The notes under the pieces are model-generated. The model was not told the origin of the DNA, searched no databases, and saw nothing but the letters and a program-made list of their open reading frames with translations. Source: a virus. Taken from it: 64,000 nt of DNA. The DNA is taken from positions 3,855-67,854 of the IMG/VR virus record IMGVR_UViG_3300037102_000029; one strand, given 5' to 3'. Shown in pieces: positions 17,334 to 24,948 of the stretch; position 1 is the first letter of the stretch; every line of letters begins with the position of its first letter. The translations under genes and the position numbers were made by a program.

Positions 17334-17354
17334 ATTTAAATGGAGGTGATAAAA

Positions 17355-17573
17355 ATGGCAACCAAGACACAGATCGTATTTGATCCAGCTACAGGAATGG
17401 GCTGGCTTCCAGCGATAGTCGTAGTTCTGACATTCTTAGTGTTTACAGTCAATTCAGTAGGTCAATATTTCGTCTTAACAACGGTGCAAGCTGCGTTCGT
17501 TGGCTTTATAGCAACAGTATTGGCAGGACTCGTAACGCTCTTCACGACGATGGAAGTGCCAGTAGTAGACTAA
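17355..17573 (+). CDS. Two-TM small membrane protein (holin candidate)
   Basis: Two hydrophobic helices; last clear gene of the late operon; SD cassette copy 2 upstream; A/T tracts at 17574-17600 resemble a terminator. Confidence 0.55.
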   Translation: MATKTQIVFDPATGMGWLPAIVVVLTFLVFTVNSVGQYFVLTTVQAAFVGFIATVLAGLVTLFTTMEVPVVD

Positions 17574-17601
17574 AAAATAGTCTACTTTTTTATTTTTTTA
17601 G

Positions 17602-17991
17602 GTGACAAAACTAAACAGACCGATGGCTTACAAACCCTGCAAACCCGTCTCGTCTTGCCCTATAGAAGCAATCAAGTGCTTCAGGATCAATATCAAACTG
17701 GCAAGAATCAAGCAAGCGATGGTCGGCCACGAACTAGCTAAGAAAGTCCAGGAGTGCAGCGAAACCAAGTTCACGTCAGAATACGAGCATCTTCTTTATC
17801 ATCCTTATAAAGACCATAATCATCAGTTGGTTATTACAATCGTGGACGATCTCGCTGAGATCAGTCCAAGAATAGACGACGTGTATCACGCTCGCCCGCG
17901 CAACTGCCTACGCAGGCGTTATCAGAGCATCAAGGATGTTCTCTGTGAAGATTGGCGAGCGCAGTCTTATTATGCTAAAGTGAAACGTTAA
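17602..17991 (+). CDS. Hypothetical protein
   Basis: 129-aa ORF filling the gap to the convergent minus-strand block; start uncertain, no recognisable motif. Confidence 0.35.
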   Translation: MTKLNRPMAYKPCKPVSSCPIEAIKCFRINIKLARIKQAMVGHELAKKVQECSETKFTSEYEHLLYHPYKDHNHQLVITIVDDLAEISPRIDDVYHARPRNCLRRRYQSIKDVLCEDWRAQSYYAKVKR

Positions 17992-18013
17992 CGCAGTGCA
18001 ACAGAGACAGCAG

Positions 18014-18400
18014 TCATCGAGGAGGACACGGTTTCCATTTTGGGTTTAACAAATCCCACCACGGAAACGCCTTGTCTTCTTCACTCTCTTTTCTGAAATG
18101 CTTACCGCATGCTTCTCCGTTATTACCGTAAGGTTTCCAGAGGGCGCACCCTTCAGGCTTAACAGCGTGTATTCCGCATCTTCCTTGAGTCCAAAACCTG
18201 CAAGGTTTTCCTTGTTTGAAGGTCCACGGCTTCGCTTCAGACATCTCAACATTCACAACATAAAGTTCCTTGAAGACATCCAGGGGAATCTCTAGGTATT
18301 CTGCGATCCGTGCTACCTCATCGGTTCCTAACGCGCAGGGCGTTGAGAAACCGGCACAACAGACACCGAAGCAATTTTCACAAGCGGAGTATTCTACCAT
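18014..18400 (-). CDS. YkgJ/CxxCxxCC-family Zn/Fe-chelating protein
   Basis: CENCFGVCC...PCRFW...CGIHAVKPEGCALWKP signature. Confidence 0.85.
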   Translation of the reverse strand: MVEYSACENCFGVCCAGFSTPCALGTDEVARIAEYLEIPLDVFKELYVVNVEMSEAKPWTFKQGKPCRFWTQGRCGIHAVKPEGCALWKPYGNNGEACGKHFRKESEEDKAFPWWDLLNPKWKPCPPR

Positions 18401-18452
18401 AATAAAAAGAAAGGGAACGCAAACGGGCTCCCGACCGCTCGCGCCTTTTAAA

Positions 18453-19595
18453 CTACTTGGTTATTTCACTGCATACGCAGATCGGTAACGCTGAACTAAC
18501 TGATGCCGCGTAACTAGCATTGCCTGCAAACGAAGCATAGTAGGTGCGAATCCCTGGCGACGTGAAGGACGTTTGGTACGTCAGCGTTGAATACGCTGCT
18601 TTGTCCTGATACGTTGCACCTCCAAGAGTGTGGTAAATCTTTATAGGCTCCGCAATAGGCGCAGCAGTCCCACTTTTTAATGTGGCAATAAACGTCGCCG
18701 GTTTATTGACCCCGTAACACGACTTGTCAGCGGTTATGGTAATCTGGGTCGCTTTCTTAGTCGGTGTAGGTGGTGTGGGGGTGGGTGTCGGCCCAAGCTG
18801 ACTCTCCATCGCGATAGTCCAACTGTCGCTCGCGTATTGCCGGATGTACGGTCGCGGGATCAAACCGAAGCCGCCACTGAATTTGGCGTATCCTTTGCCC
18901 CATCCTGTCCCCCAAGAGTTGAGGGTGATGTAGTAGTCGGCGTCAGTAAAGCCAGTTACGCCAAACAACGCATTGCAGTGACCGCCGATTGATGCGCCGC
19001 TTGGCATATCAATGATCCCATCGCTGCCGACGTCTTCGTATTGCTGGTAGACTGGCATCCCGTAAACCACTGGAAGCTTCGTCACGCAGAGGCAGTTGTC
19101 TATGTTCGCAATCATCTGAGTTGTTGAGGTGCCGTCAAGCAAGTAGTAGCTCGTAGACTCGGCTTTCACTGCGTCGCTGACTGCTTTCGCTGGCGGTGCG
19201 GTATCGAACTGGCTTATATCATAAGCCCAATCAGTTTCAGGTGCTACGCCATCCTGAACAGTTGCGTGAATACCATCTCTGATATTACAGCCATTATCTC
19301 CAGGATAATCGCCGCCAATAATCCTCGCATCGCGATAGACCAGTAGCCTGCAGCCTAGAACTGCCTCGATTCCTGCCTTAATCTGACACGCCTCAAAGGC
19401 TGACGTGGTTCCGTGTGCTACGCACGCGCCTAGTTGTCCTTGATTCTTGACTGTGCTGACTAAATTGGTTATGTCCGTTGGCACCAACGTTTCAGGTGCC
19501 ATCAACTTCACGCGATCTTCGTATCTGTAATCTAAATGTGACGGCATCTGAGGTTTCCACCCCAGGCCGTGACCTTTCTTAGTAACGGTTATCAT
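18453..19595 (-). CDS. Papain-like (C1A) cysteine peptidase with PT linker and C-terminal Ig-like domain
   Basis: VKNQGQLGAC (oxyanion Gln, catalytic Cys), GGHC (His), NSWGTGWG (Asn). Confidence 0.92.
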   Translation of the reverse strand: MITVTKKGHGLGWKPQMPSHLDYRYEDRVKLMAPETLVPTDITNLVSTVKNQGQLGACVAHGTTSAFEACQIKAGIEAVLGCRLLVYRDARIIGGDYPGDNGCNIRDGIHATVQDGVAPETDWAYDISQFDTAPPAKAVSDAVKAESTSYYLLDGTSTTQMIANIDNCLCVTKLPVVYGMPVYQQYEDVGSDGIIDMPSGASIGGHCNALFGVTGFTDADYYITLNSWGTGWGKGYAKFSGGFGLIPRPYIRQYASDSWTIAMESQLGPTPTPTPPTPTKKATQITITADKSCYGVNKPATFIATLKSGTAAPIAEPIKIYHTLGGATYQDKAAYSTLTYQTSFTSPGIRTYYASFAGNASYAASVSSALPICVCSEITK

Positions 19596-19611
19596 CTATC
19601 TATCATCCTCC

Positions 19612-19917
19612 TTACCAGAATCGATAAACAAACTGCTTTGAAAAATCGACTTGGGCCTCCCCGTGAAATGGCCCGTGGAACACACTGCTAAATGTTGATA
19701 TCTTTGGTTCCGGTGCGGGTGCGGCGCCCTCTGCGTCTTTCACCATCCGGTCAACGCGCTCTCTTTGCAGATGTAGTTCAGCGCAGACGATTTTTAACCG
19801 TATGCGTGTGCGCGTCGGATCAATCCCATTATGCAAATCCACCAGGACTGATTCAAGTTCATCCGCTAGTTTTTCAAATGCGAAACATTCTGTATTCAAT
19901 TCATCCTTGAGACTCAT
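19612..19917 (-). CDS. Hypothetical protein
   Basis: 101-aa ORF with AGGAGG SD, in the co-oriented block. Confidence 0.55.
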   Translation of the reverse strand: MSLKDELNTECFAFEKLADELESVLVDLHNGIDPTRTRIRLKIVCAELHLQRERVDRMVKDAEGAAPAPEPKISTFSSVFHGPFHGEAQVDFSKQFVYRFW

Positions 19918-20107
19918 TTCTTTGTGGTTCCTCCTTTCTTTTTGGACATTCCTTTCTCCTTAACACCAGCCGCCTCGAGCGCCTTCATCGCTGCACAAAT
20001 CGGCTGATGTTCACAATCGCTCGGAGAGGCACAATCGCACGCCAACATCTCATCTATTAAGTGTCCTTGCACACAACAGGTTGCTTTCATTTCTTCTTTT
20101 TACCCCT

Positions 20108-20305
20108 TCATCCCACTAAATGCCACGCAACGACGGCCATCACTACGATTATCAGGCCGACAAGTGTGCGTATCCAACGTTCGCCATCGAATACGACATT
20201 ATGATACTGGCCGCCCTGGATCAACACACTTCCAATGCCATCAGCGATCACGTAGACGCCGCAAAGGCCGAGCACTAATAGTACCACATCAATCTGTGTC
20301 ATCAT
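20108..20305 (-). CDS. Small two-TM membrane protein
   Basis: Two hydrophobic segments; overlaps the upstream stop (ATGA coupling). Confidence 0.55.
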   Translation of the reverse strand: MMTQIDVVLLVLGLCGVYVIADGIGSVLIQGGQYHNVVFDGERWIRTLVGLIIVVMAVVAWHLVG

Positions 20306-20796
20306 AAGACTTCATTCCAATTTTGTAATCCGTCCCCATTCTCAACCAGCTCACGTGCGCCAACCTCATCCTTATTCACTGGTCTGGGCAGCTCCGATGG
20401 ATCGAACATTCTAAACGAGGGCTGTCCGCGAGCATAAAGTTCATCCAGATCATGCCACTTTATTACATAGACCTTATTTTTAGGCCGCTTGTGGACTTGG
20501 ATTGCCAAAAAACCACGTCGTCCGGAGAGCTGTAGATACTCATTAATACGCTCGAACTGATTATGTGGAAACATCTTCGCGAAGTTGTATCGTTTCGCAG
20601 GCACCCGACTCTTACACTCTATCGCTATATGCCAACTTGGATACGGTGAGTCAACGGTGATATCACAGCCGATAAAATTGGGGATGTTCTGATACTCGCG
20701 TCGCACGTACGCGGGAATACGATATTCCACACAGTAGTCAATCAGCGATGTGCGGATAAAACTTTCAAAAGATGATCCTTTCCTTGCCACGCGCAC
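20302..20796 (-). CDS. hjc: Holliday junction resolvase, Hjc-like PD-(D/E)xK nuclease
   Basis: RKGSSFE...CDITV...AIECKS...QFERI...GFLAI matches the Hjc/RecU-type motif order. Confidence 0.75.
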   Translation of the reverse strand: MRVARKGSSFESFIRTSLIDYCVEYRIPAYVRREYQNIPNFIGCDITVDSPYPSWHIAIECKSRVPAKRYNFAKMFPHNQFERINEYLQLSGRRGFLAIQVHKRPKNKVYVIKWHDLDELYARGQPSFRMFDPSELPRPVNKDEVGARELVENGDGLQNWNEVL

Positions 20797-21023
20797 CCCA
20801 TTGCATTATCGTTCGGCATTCGACTTCCGTAGAAGTAATAAACGTACCGCACGTTCGTCACTTCATCAAAACGATACATGCGGCTAACTTCGTGCCGTCG
20901 CCAGAGGGTATTGACGTTGCGTAGGACTGTCGTTTTTGCGAGTCCCGTCATTCGCGCCAACTCTTCGAGCGACATTCCCCTGCCAGTCTCTTTCAGCACG
21001 TTCCGAACATCTTCCTGTCCCAT
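20742..21023 (-). CDS. Winged-helix DNA-binding protein
   Basis: GMSLEELARMTGLAKTTVLRNVNTL HTH (IclR/ArsR-like). Confidence 0.8.
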   Translation of the reverse strand: MGQEDVRNVLKETGRGMSLEELARMTGLAKTTVLRNVNTLWRRHEVSRMYRFDEVTNVRYVYYFYGSRMPNDNAMGCAWQGKDHLLKVLSAHR

Positions 21024-21223
21024 TTTGTTTTTCTTGTTTTACACCCTGCACGCCGCACAACCGAGCCATAACGGGGCTGAAGCCATAATCGCTAGAATAG
21101 CGACCGTGGCGCTGCAGTAAATTCCCGTGAAGGCGTGGTCAAGCCGTGTTGCTTTGAAATTTTGCCACGGATGGCGCCATTCCAATTTGCGGGGTGGTAT
21201 CCACGAAAGCCTTGTAACACCTC

Positions 21224-21535
21224 CTATTTTTTTGATAACTTTAAAATACCTTTGCCGTTGTCTTCAACCTTAATTTTCTTAGCCTTGCGGTCCGCCTCTT
21301 CTTTTGCATCAACGATACGCACAAGTGGCGGCTCGCATCCCTCGCGTCTGCCAATCTCCTCCGCTGCATCGAGCTGCTCTTGTAGCTCTTCATCAACAAG
21401 GGTGAGTGTGTGACACGCTTCGCACCGCACAAGCTTCTTGCCGAAAAACTCTTCCCTAATCTCCTCGTCAGGTTCCTGTTCAGTAATTATAACTATTGGC
21501 GCTTCAGCACCACATATACAAATTACGTTAGTCAT
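21224..21535 (-). CDS. Zn-ribbon protein
   Basis: CICG...CEACH Cys pairs; coupled to neighbours. Confidence 0.55.
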   Translation of the reverse strand: MTNVICICGAEAPIVIITEQEPDEEIREEFFGKKLVRCEACHTLTLVDEELQEQLDAAEEIGRREGCEPPLVRIVDAKEEADRKAKKIKVEDNGKGILKLSKK

Positions 21536-21744
21536 TTTTGACCTCTGACGTCCTTGATAGTCGCCACAAGTTTAAGGTCGTTAATCCATTCGTTCATGTG
21601 GATAAAGAACGCATTATGAAAGGCTTGATCGACTTGAACTTGTGCAACACCCTCCCCCTGATATACGATTACGAGGTAATCGTTCAGATGTTCCTTCACC
21701 CACGCTTCCGCCTCAACTTTTACAGCCGGTATTTCGATTTCCAT
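21532..21744 (-). CDS. Hypothetical protein
   Basis: 70-aa ORF with GGAGG SD and ATGA overlap. Confidence 0.55.
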   Translation of the reverse strand: MEIEIPAVKVEAEAWVKEHLNDYLVIVYQGEGVAQVQVDQAFHNAFFIHMNEWINDLKLVATIKDVRGQK

Positions 21745-21759
21745 TTCCTGCCTCCGTCA

Positions 21760-22038
21760 TTAATTTTGACCTAGAACTGCATCCTTGTTCTGTGCCGCTG
21801 CGTCCGCATCGACCATCCTAATCTTCGTCTGCGGCGGCACTTGAGCAAGTTCCATTATTGGTAGCTTATCTACAAGTTTCTTTTCCCAACGCCAGCGCCT
21901 CATAAACTCCCCGAGATTAATCTGATATATTACCATCGCAAGCGCTTTGAACTGCTGCTCGTTTTGCGGCTGAGGGAGGTTGAGCGTTATTGGTTTATAT
22001 ACTGCGGGAATCTCGTCATTATGCTTTTTTGACGCCAT
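21760..22038 (-). CDS. Hypothetical protein
   Basis: 92-aa ORF with GAGGAG SD. Confidence 0.55.
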   Translation of the reverse strand: MASKKHNDEIPAVYKPITLNLPQPQNEQQFKALAMVIYQINLGEFMRRWRWEKKLVDKLPIMELAQVPPQTKIRMVDADAAAQNKDAVLGQN

Positions 22039-22222
22039 CGTGACACTCCTCTCCTATCCGGTCAGGATCGTTGATTAATCCTAAATGGTTCACGTATTTT
22101 TCAAGCGATGTGAGCGCACCCTTCAGTTCTCGGACTTCACCTTCAACCTCTCTCAAACGCTTATTCACTAACTCTTCAAGCGTGGGTGCTTTCTTTCTCT
22201 GATACGAATCTTCTTCTCGCGT

Positions 22223-22393
22223 TTAATCTCCCCCTAGGTTCCATACACCTAACAGCGGATTTGTTTGCTTATGTATTATGTCTTGCTTTGTAATACAAAA
22301 AGTACAGAGGAGACTTGGGTTGTCTCCTCCGAGCGAACTATGCACTAGAAGCATTGGCCGTCCACAGTTCCGACACGGTATCGGAGTGGTCAC
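22223..22393 (-). CDS. Small Zn-ribbon protein (56 aa, below the ORF-track cutoff)
   Basis: GTG start: MTTPIPCRNCGRPMLLVHSSLGGDNPSLLCTFCITK... with two CxxC pairs. Confidence 0.55.
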   Translation of the reverse strand: MTTPIPCRNCGRPMLLVHSSLGGDNPSLLCTFCITKQDIIHKQTNPLLGVWNLGGD

Positions 22394-22405
22394 GACTAGA
22401 GAACC

Positions 22406-23521
22406 CTACTGAATCTCCGAACAAACGCAGATCGGCAATACCGCACTTGTCGATCCCAGATAGTTCTCATCACCGGCAAACGAGGCATAGTAGTAGCGAA
22501 TCCCGGGAGACGTGAACGACACTGGCACCGTCAGCGTCGAGAATGCAGTCTTATCGTTGTACCGAACGCCGTTCAGTGTGTGGTAGAATGTCACTTCTCT
22601 CGGGATTGGCGTGTTGCCGTCCTTCAATGTTACGGTGAATGTGACGGGCTTGTTAACACCTACACATCTTTTGTCTGAAGTGACACCTATCGTCGTTGGT
22701 TTCTTTGTTACCGGGGATGGTGGTGCTGGTCCAATGCCGTTAGGGGGGTGGTTCTTCTGCAAGTTAGCGACGATTGAATCGAAGCCACAGGCCTGATTCT
22801 GCGCTCTGCTTGACGCTGTTCCACCCCAAACGTCGAACCGCGTTACTGAGCATCCCAATGCTACCAATGAGTCAATGATCGACTCGTAGCTAGGCTGCGC
22901 TCCGTTGATGCTGTTCTGAAGGATGTCGTTGTCGCCCTTGAACTTCTTGTTCGGCGCATTTGCGTAATTCGGCGCGTCTTTCGAGTAGTAGCATTTTGAA
23001 TGTTCCGCTGCATCGCGCCAAGCACCGGCTAAAACGCCGTTCGCTTTGCCTTTAGTCGCGCTGGCCCCATCGGTGATGTATCCAACCTCGGAAGGATAGT
23101 AACACTCCCAGAGATTCATCACGGTTCCAACATCGGAATAGATGTTCTGCCATAAGCCACACTGGTCGCAGTTGTAGTTGATGTAGCCGAGTCCTAGCCC
23201 CTTAATGAAGCTCGGATCACCGGCTCTGCCACCTTCTGAGCTGAGTGTCGGCCAGCCGGCCGCCTTGCAGGATTGCAGGAAGCTCGTAAAGTTGCCAATA
23301 GGCGATTGAATCTGACCGCCTGCCCAGATATCCATCTCGATATCGAGCACCGGCTTGACTCCAAGACCCTTGAGATACGCGAGCTGACTCGCGTAATTGT
23401 TACCTGCACCGCCGGTTGAAACCAACTCGACGGTATTTATGTGCCAGTCGCGTATATAGGCCGGGACTTCCCCGATGCTTCCTGCCGTTACTGAGACACT
23501 ATAGTCTAAACTGACTCCCAT
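22406..23521 (-). CDS. Putative TIM-barrel glycoside-hydrolase-like protein with C-terminal Ig-like domain (endolysin candidate)
   Basis: Alternating beta/alpha pattern with SSEGG and LWECY acidic motifs; C-terminal domain closely resembles that of the C1A peptidase. Confidence 0.5.
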   Translation of the reverse strand: MGVSLDYSVSVTAGSIGEVPAYIRDWHINTVELVSTGGAGNNYASQLAYLKGLGVKPVLDIEMDIWAGGQIQSPIGNFTSFLQSCKAAGWPTLSSEGGRAGDPSFIKGLGLGYINYNCDQCGLWQNIYSDVGTVMNLWECYYPSEVGYITDGASATKGKANGVLAGAWRDAAEHSKCYYSKDAPNYANAPNKKFKGDNDILQNSINGAQPSYESIIDSLVALGCSVTRFDVWGGTASSRAQNQACGFDSIVANLQKNHPPNGIGPAPPSPVTKKPTTIGVTSDKRCVGVNKPVTFTVTLKDGNTPIPREVTFYHTLNGVRYNDKTAFSTLTVPVSFTSPGIRYYYASFAGDENYLGSTSAVLPICVCSEIQ

Positions 23522-23525
23522 TGGA

Positions 23526-23711
23526 TCACTCTCCTATGTCGTCTGCTAGAACTGTTACTCGCCTTCCAGCGGTCATTCTGGCGACGGCTTTCGTTGCTTC
23601 GTCGTTCATTAGCGTTAGCATCCACGCCTGAAATTTCGTGAGGGCTGCTTTGCTAACCTTGTGTGCGCCTGCGTCTTTTAGCGCACTTCTAAACATAGCT
23701 TCCGATATCAT
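23526..23711 (-). CDS. Archaeal-type histone-fold protein 2 (61 aa, truncated alpha3)
   Basis: KDAGAHKVSKAA...AGRRVTVLADDI matches HMf-type KDAGAERVS...RKTIKAEDI; SD AAGGAGGTGA. Confidence 0.88.
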   Translation of the reverse strand: MISEAMFRSALKDAGAHKVSKAALTKFQAWMLTLMNDEATKAVARMTAGRRVTVLADDIGE

Positions 23712-23922
23712 CTTTGATCTCACCTCCTTTATTTGCTAATTCAATACCATAAGACATTCCTTTTCTCGACAGAGCACGACAAGAATCGCAAAGTGTTCTA
23801 GGGCGCCCTCGGTGATTGTTCCGGTACGCCCCGGCCCCATGCGTCCAGTTTGTGCGAACAAACATTTGCCCACACGGACACCGAACCAGTTCCGTCTCTT
23901 GCGGATGTGTGCGTCCCGTCAT
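23689..23922 (-). CDS. Zn-finger protein
   Basis: CPCGQMF...GRPRTLCDSC pattern. Confidence 0.55.
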   Translation of the reverse strand: MTGRTHPQETELVRCPCGQMFVRTNWTHGAGAYRNNHRGRPRTLCDSCRALSRKGMSYGIELANKGGEIKDDIGSYV

Positions 23923-23924
23923 AC

Positions 23925-24164
23925 CTACTCCGTATGCACCCTGTATTCCTGGCCGTCAAGGAAGAAGCTTAGTTCAATCCTCCCGACGCTCGCGTTGATG
24001 TCCACTGCTTTTTCTTTGAACTCCATTACGAGCCCCTCCGCGAGCATCCGCATAAGCGCCGGTGTGCGTTCCTTTTCTGGCAGTTCCCTTGCGAAATGAA
24101 AGACGCCTTTGTCGTCAGCCACTACGGCGTTGTCTAAGGGTGAGTTATAAATGGAATACATCAC
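23925..24164 (-). CDS. Hypothetical protein
   Basis: 79-aa ORF coupled to the upstream gene. Confidence 0.5.
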   Translation of the reverse strand: MMYSIYNSPLDNAVVADDKGVFHFARELPEKERTPALMRMLAEGLVMEFKEKAVDINASVGRIELSFFLDGQEYRVHTE

Positions 24165-24814
24165 TTACCTGCCGGTTCAAACTGTCGCGAGCTACGCAAC
24201 CAGTCTTTGACTGTTGGATATTCATTTCCAGTAGTAGCACTGACTTTGTTCTTGACAACGATCTGCAGGTGCCTCCCAACTAAATCATCACTTTCGATGT
24301 CCAGTGGAGGGTTCGCACCAAAGATCGCCGACAGTAATGCCGTCAACTGGCTCTTCTTATGGCGGCTCATTGAAGTCCTGCCTTCAAGAGCTGCGCCGCC
24401 TTCAGTGACATAGAGAACGTGCATGAAGCACGCTTGCATCGGCTCGCCAGTTGCAGGGTCCGAATGGAAGTTGTCAGGTTCTATAGCCTGCCACGCCCTG
24501 TCGATCTTCACCTCATACATACCCTCTTCCCAGAACGACTTGCGAGGTACTGGCTTTAGGCTGAATGTCTGATGCTCAGGAAAACCCTCTTCGTCAGCCT
24601 CCATTCGCTGCGCGGGTGTTGCCTGCGCCGGCTGCGATCGTACAACCGTTTCGTTGCGGTAAGGTTTCTGGACTGGCGCTTCTGCGCGAATCTCTTCGGG
24701 CTTTATCACGCGCTTGTCTGGCTGTGGCTTGCCGTGAGATATTTTGAAGCCGTTCGTTGTTGCTTCGCGTTCTTCGTCTTCAGATGGAACAAACTCTTCG
24801 TTTACTTTTGCCAT
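24161..24814 (-). CDS. Putative OB-fold ssDNA-binding protein (DUF669-like)
   Basis: EEGMYEVKI...KSQLTALLSAIFG...DLVGRHLQIVV...YPTVKD resembles phage SSB-like families; acidic N-terminal extension. Confidence 0.55.
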   Translation of the reverse strand: MAKVNEEFVPSEDEEREATTNGFKISHGKPQPDKRVIKPEEIRAEAPVQKPYRNETVVRSQPAQATPAQRMEADEEGFPEHQTFSLKPVPRKSFWEEGMYEVKIDRAWQAIEPDNFHSDPATGEPMQACFMHVLYVTEGGAALEGRTSMSRHKKSQLTALLSAIFGANPPLDIESDDLVGRHLQIVVKNKVSATTGNEYPTVKDWLRSSRQFEPAGK

Positions 24815-24948
24815 TTTCTTCTATTCCTTCATTTTGTTTCCCGTAGGAAATAGCAGAGTGAAAGGTTATGGCGACGGCCTCGAACCTTTGGAGATGATTC
24901 GTGAGGTAAGTTACCTGCTAGGGAATAACTAACCGTCGTTTCCATCCC

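Noticed and set aside
22391-22408. Amber (TAG) readthrough or pyrrolysine recoding fusing the hydrolase to the in-frame Zn-ribbon ORF
   Set aside because: The paralogous Ig domain of the peptidase ends at essentially the same position, and most other TAG stops checked (11496, 16167, 60405, 61434, 62178) are followed by out-of-frame genes, so TAG behaves as a normal stop.
24869-24938. Canonical tRNA gene (GGTTCGA...CCA)
   Set aside because: No proper T-stem around TTCGA and no separate D and anticodon arms; kept only as a tRNA-like finding.
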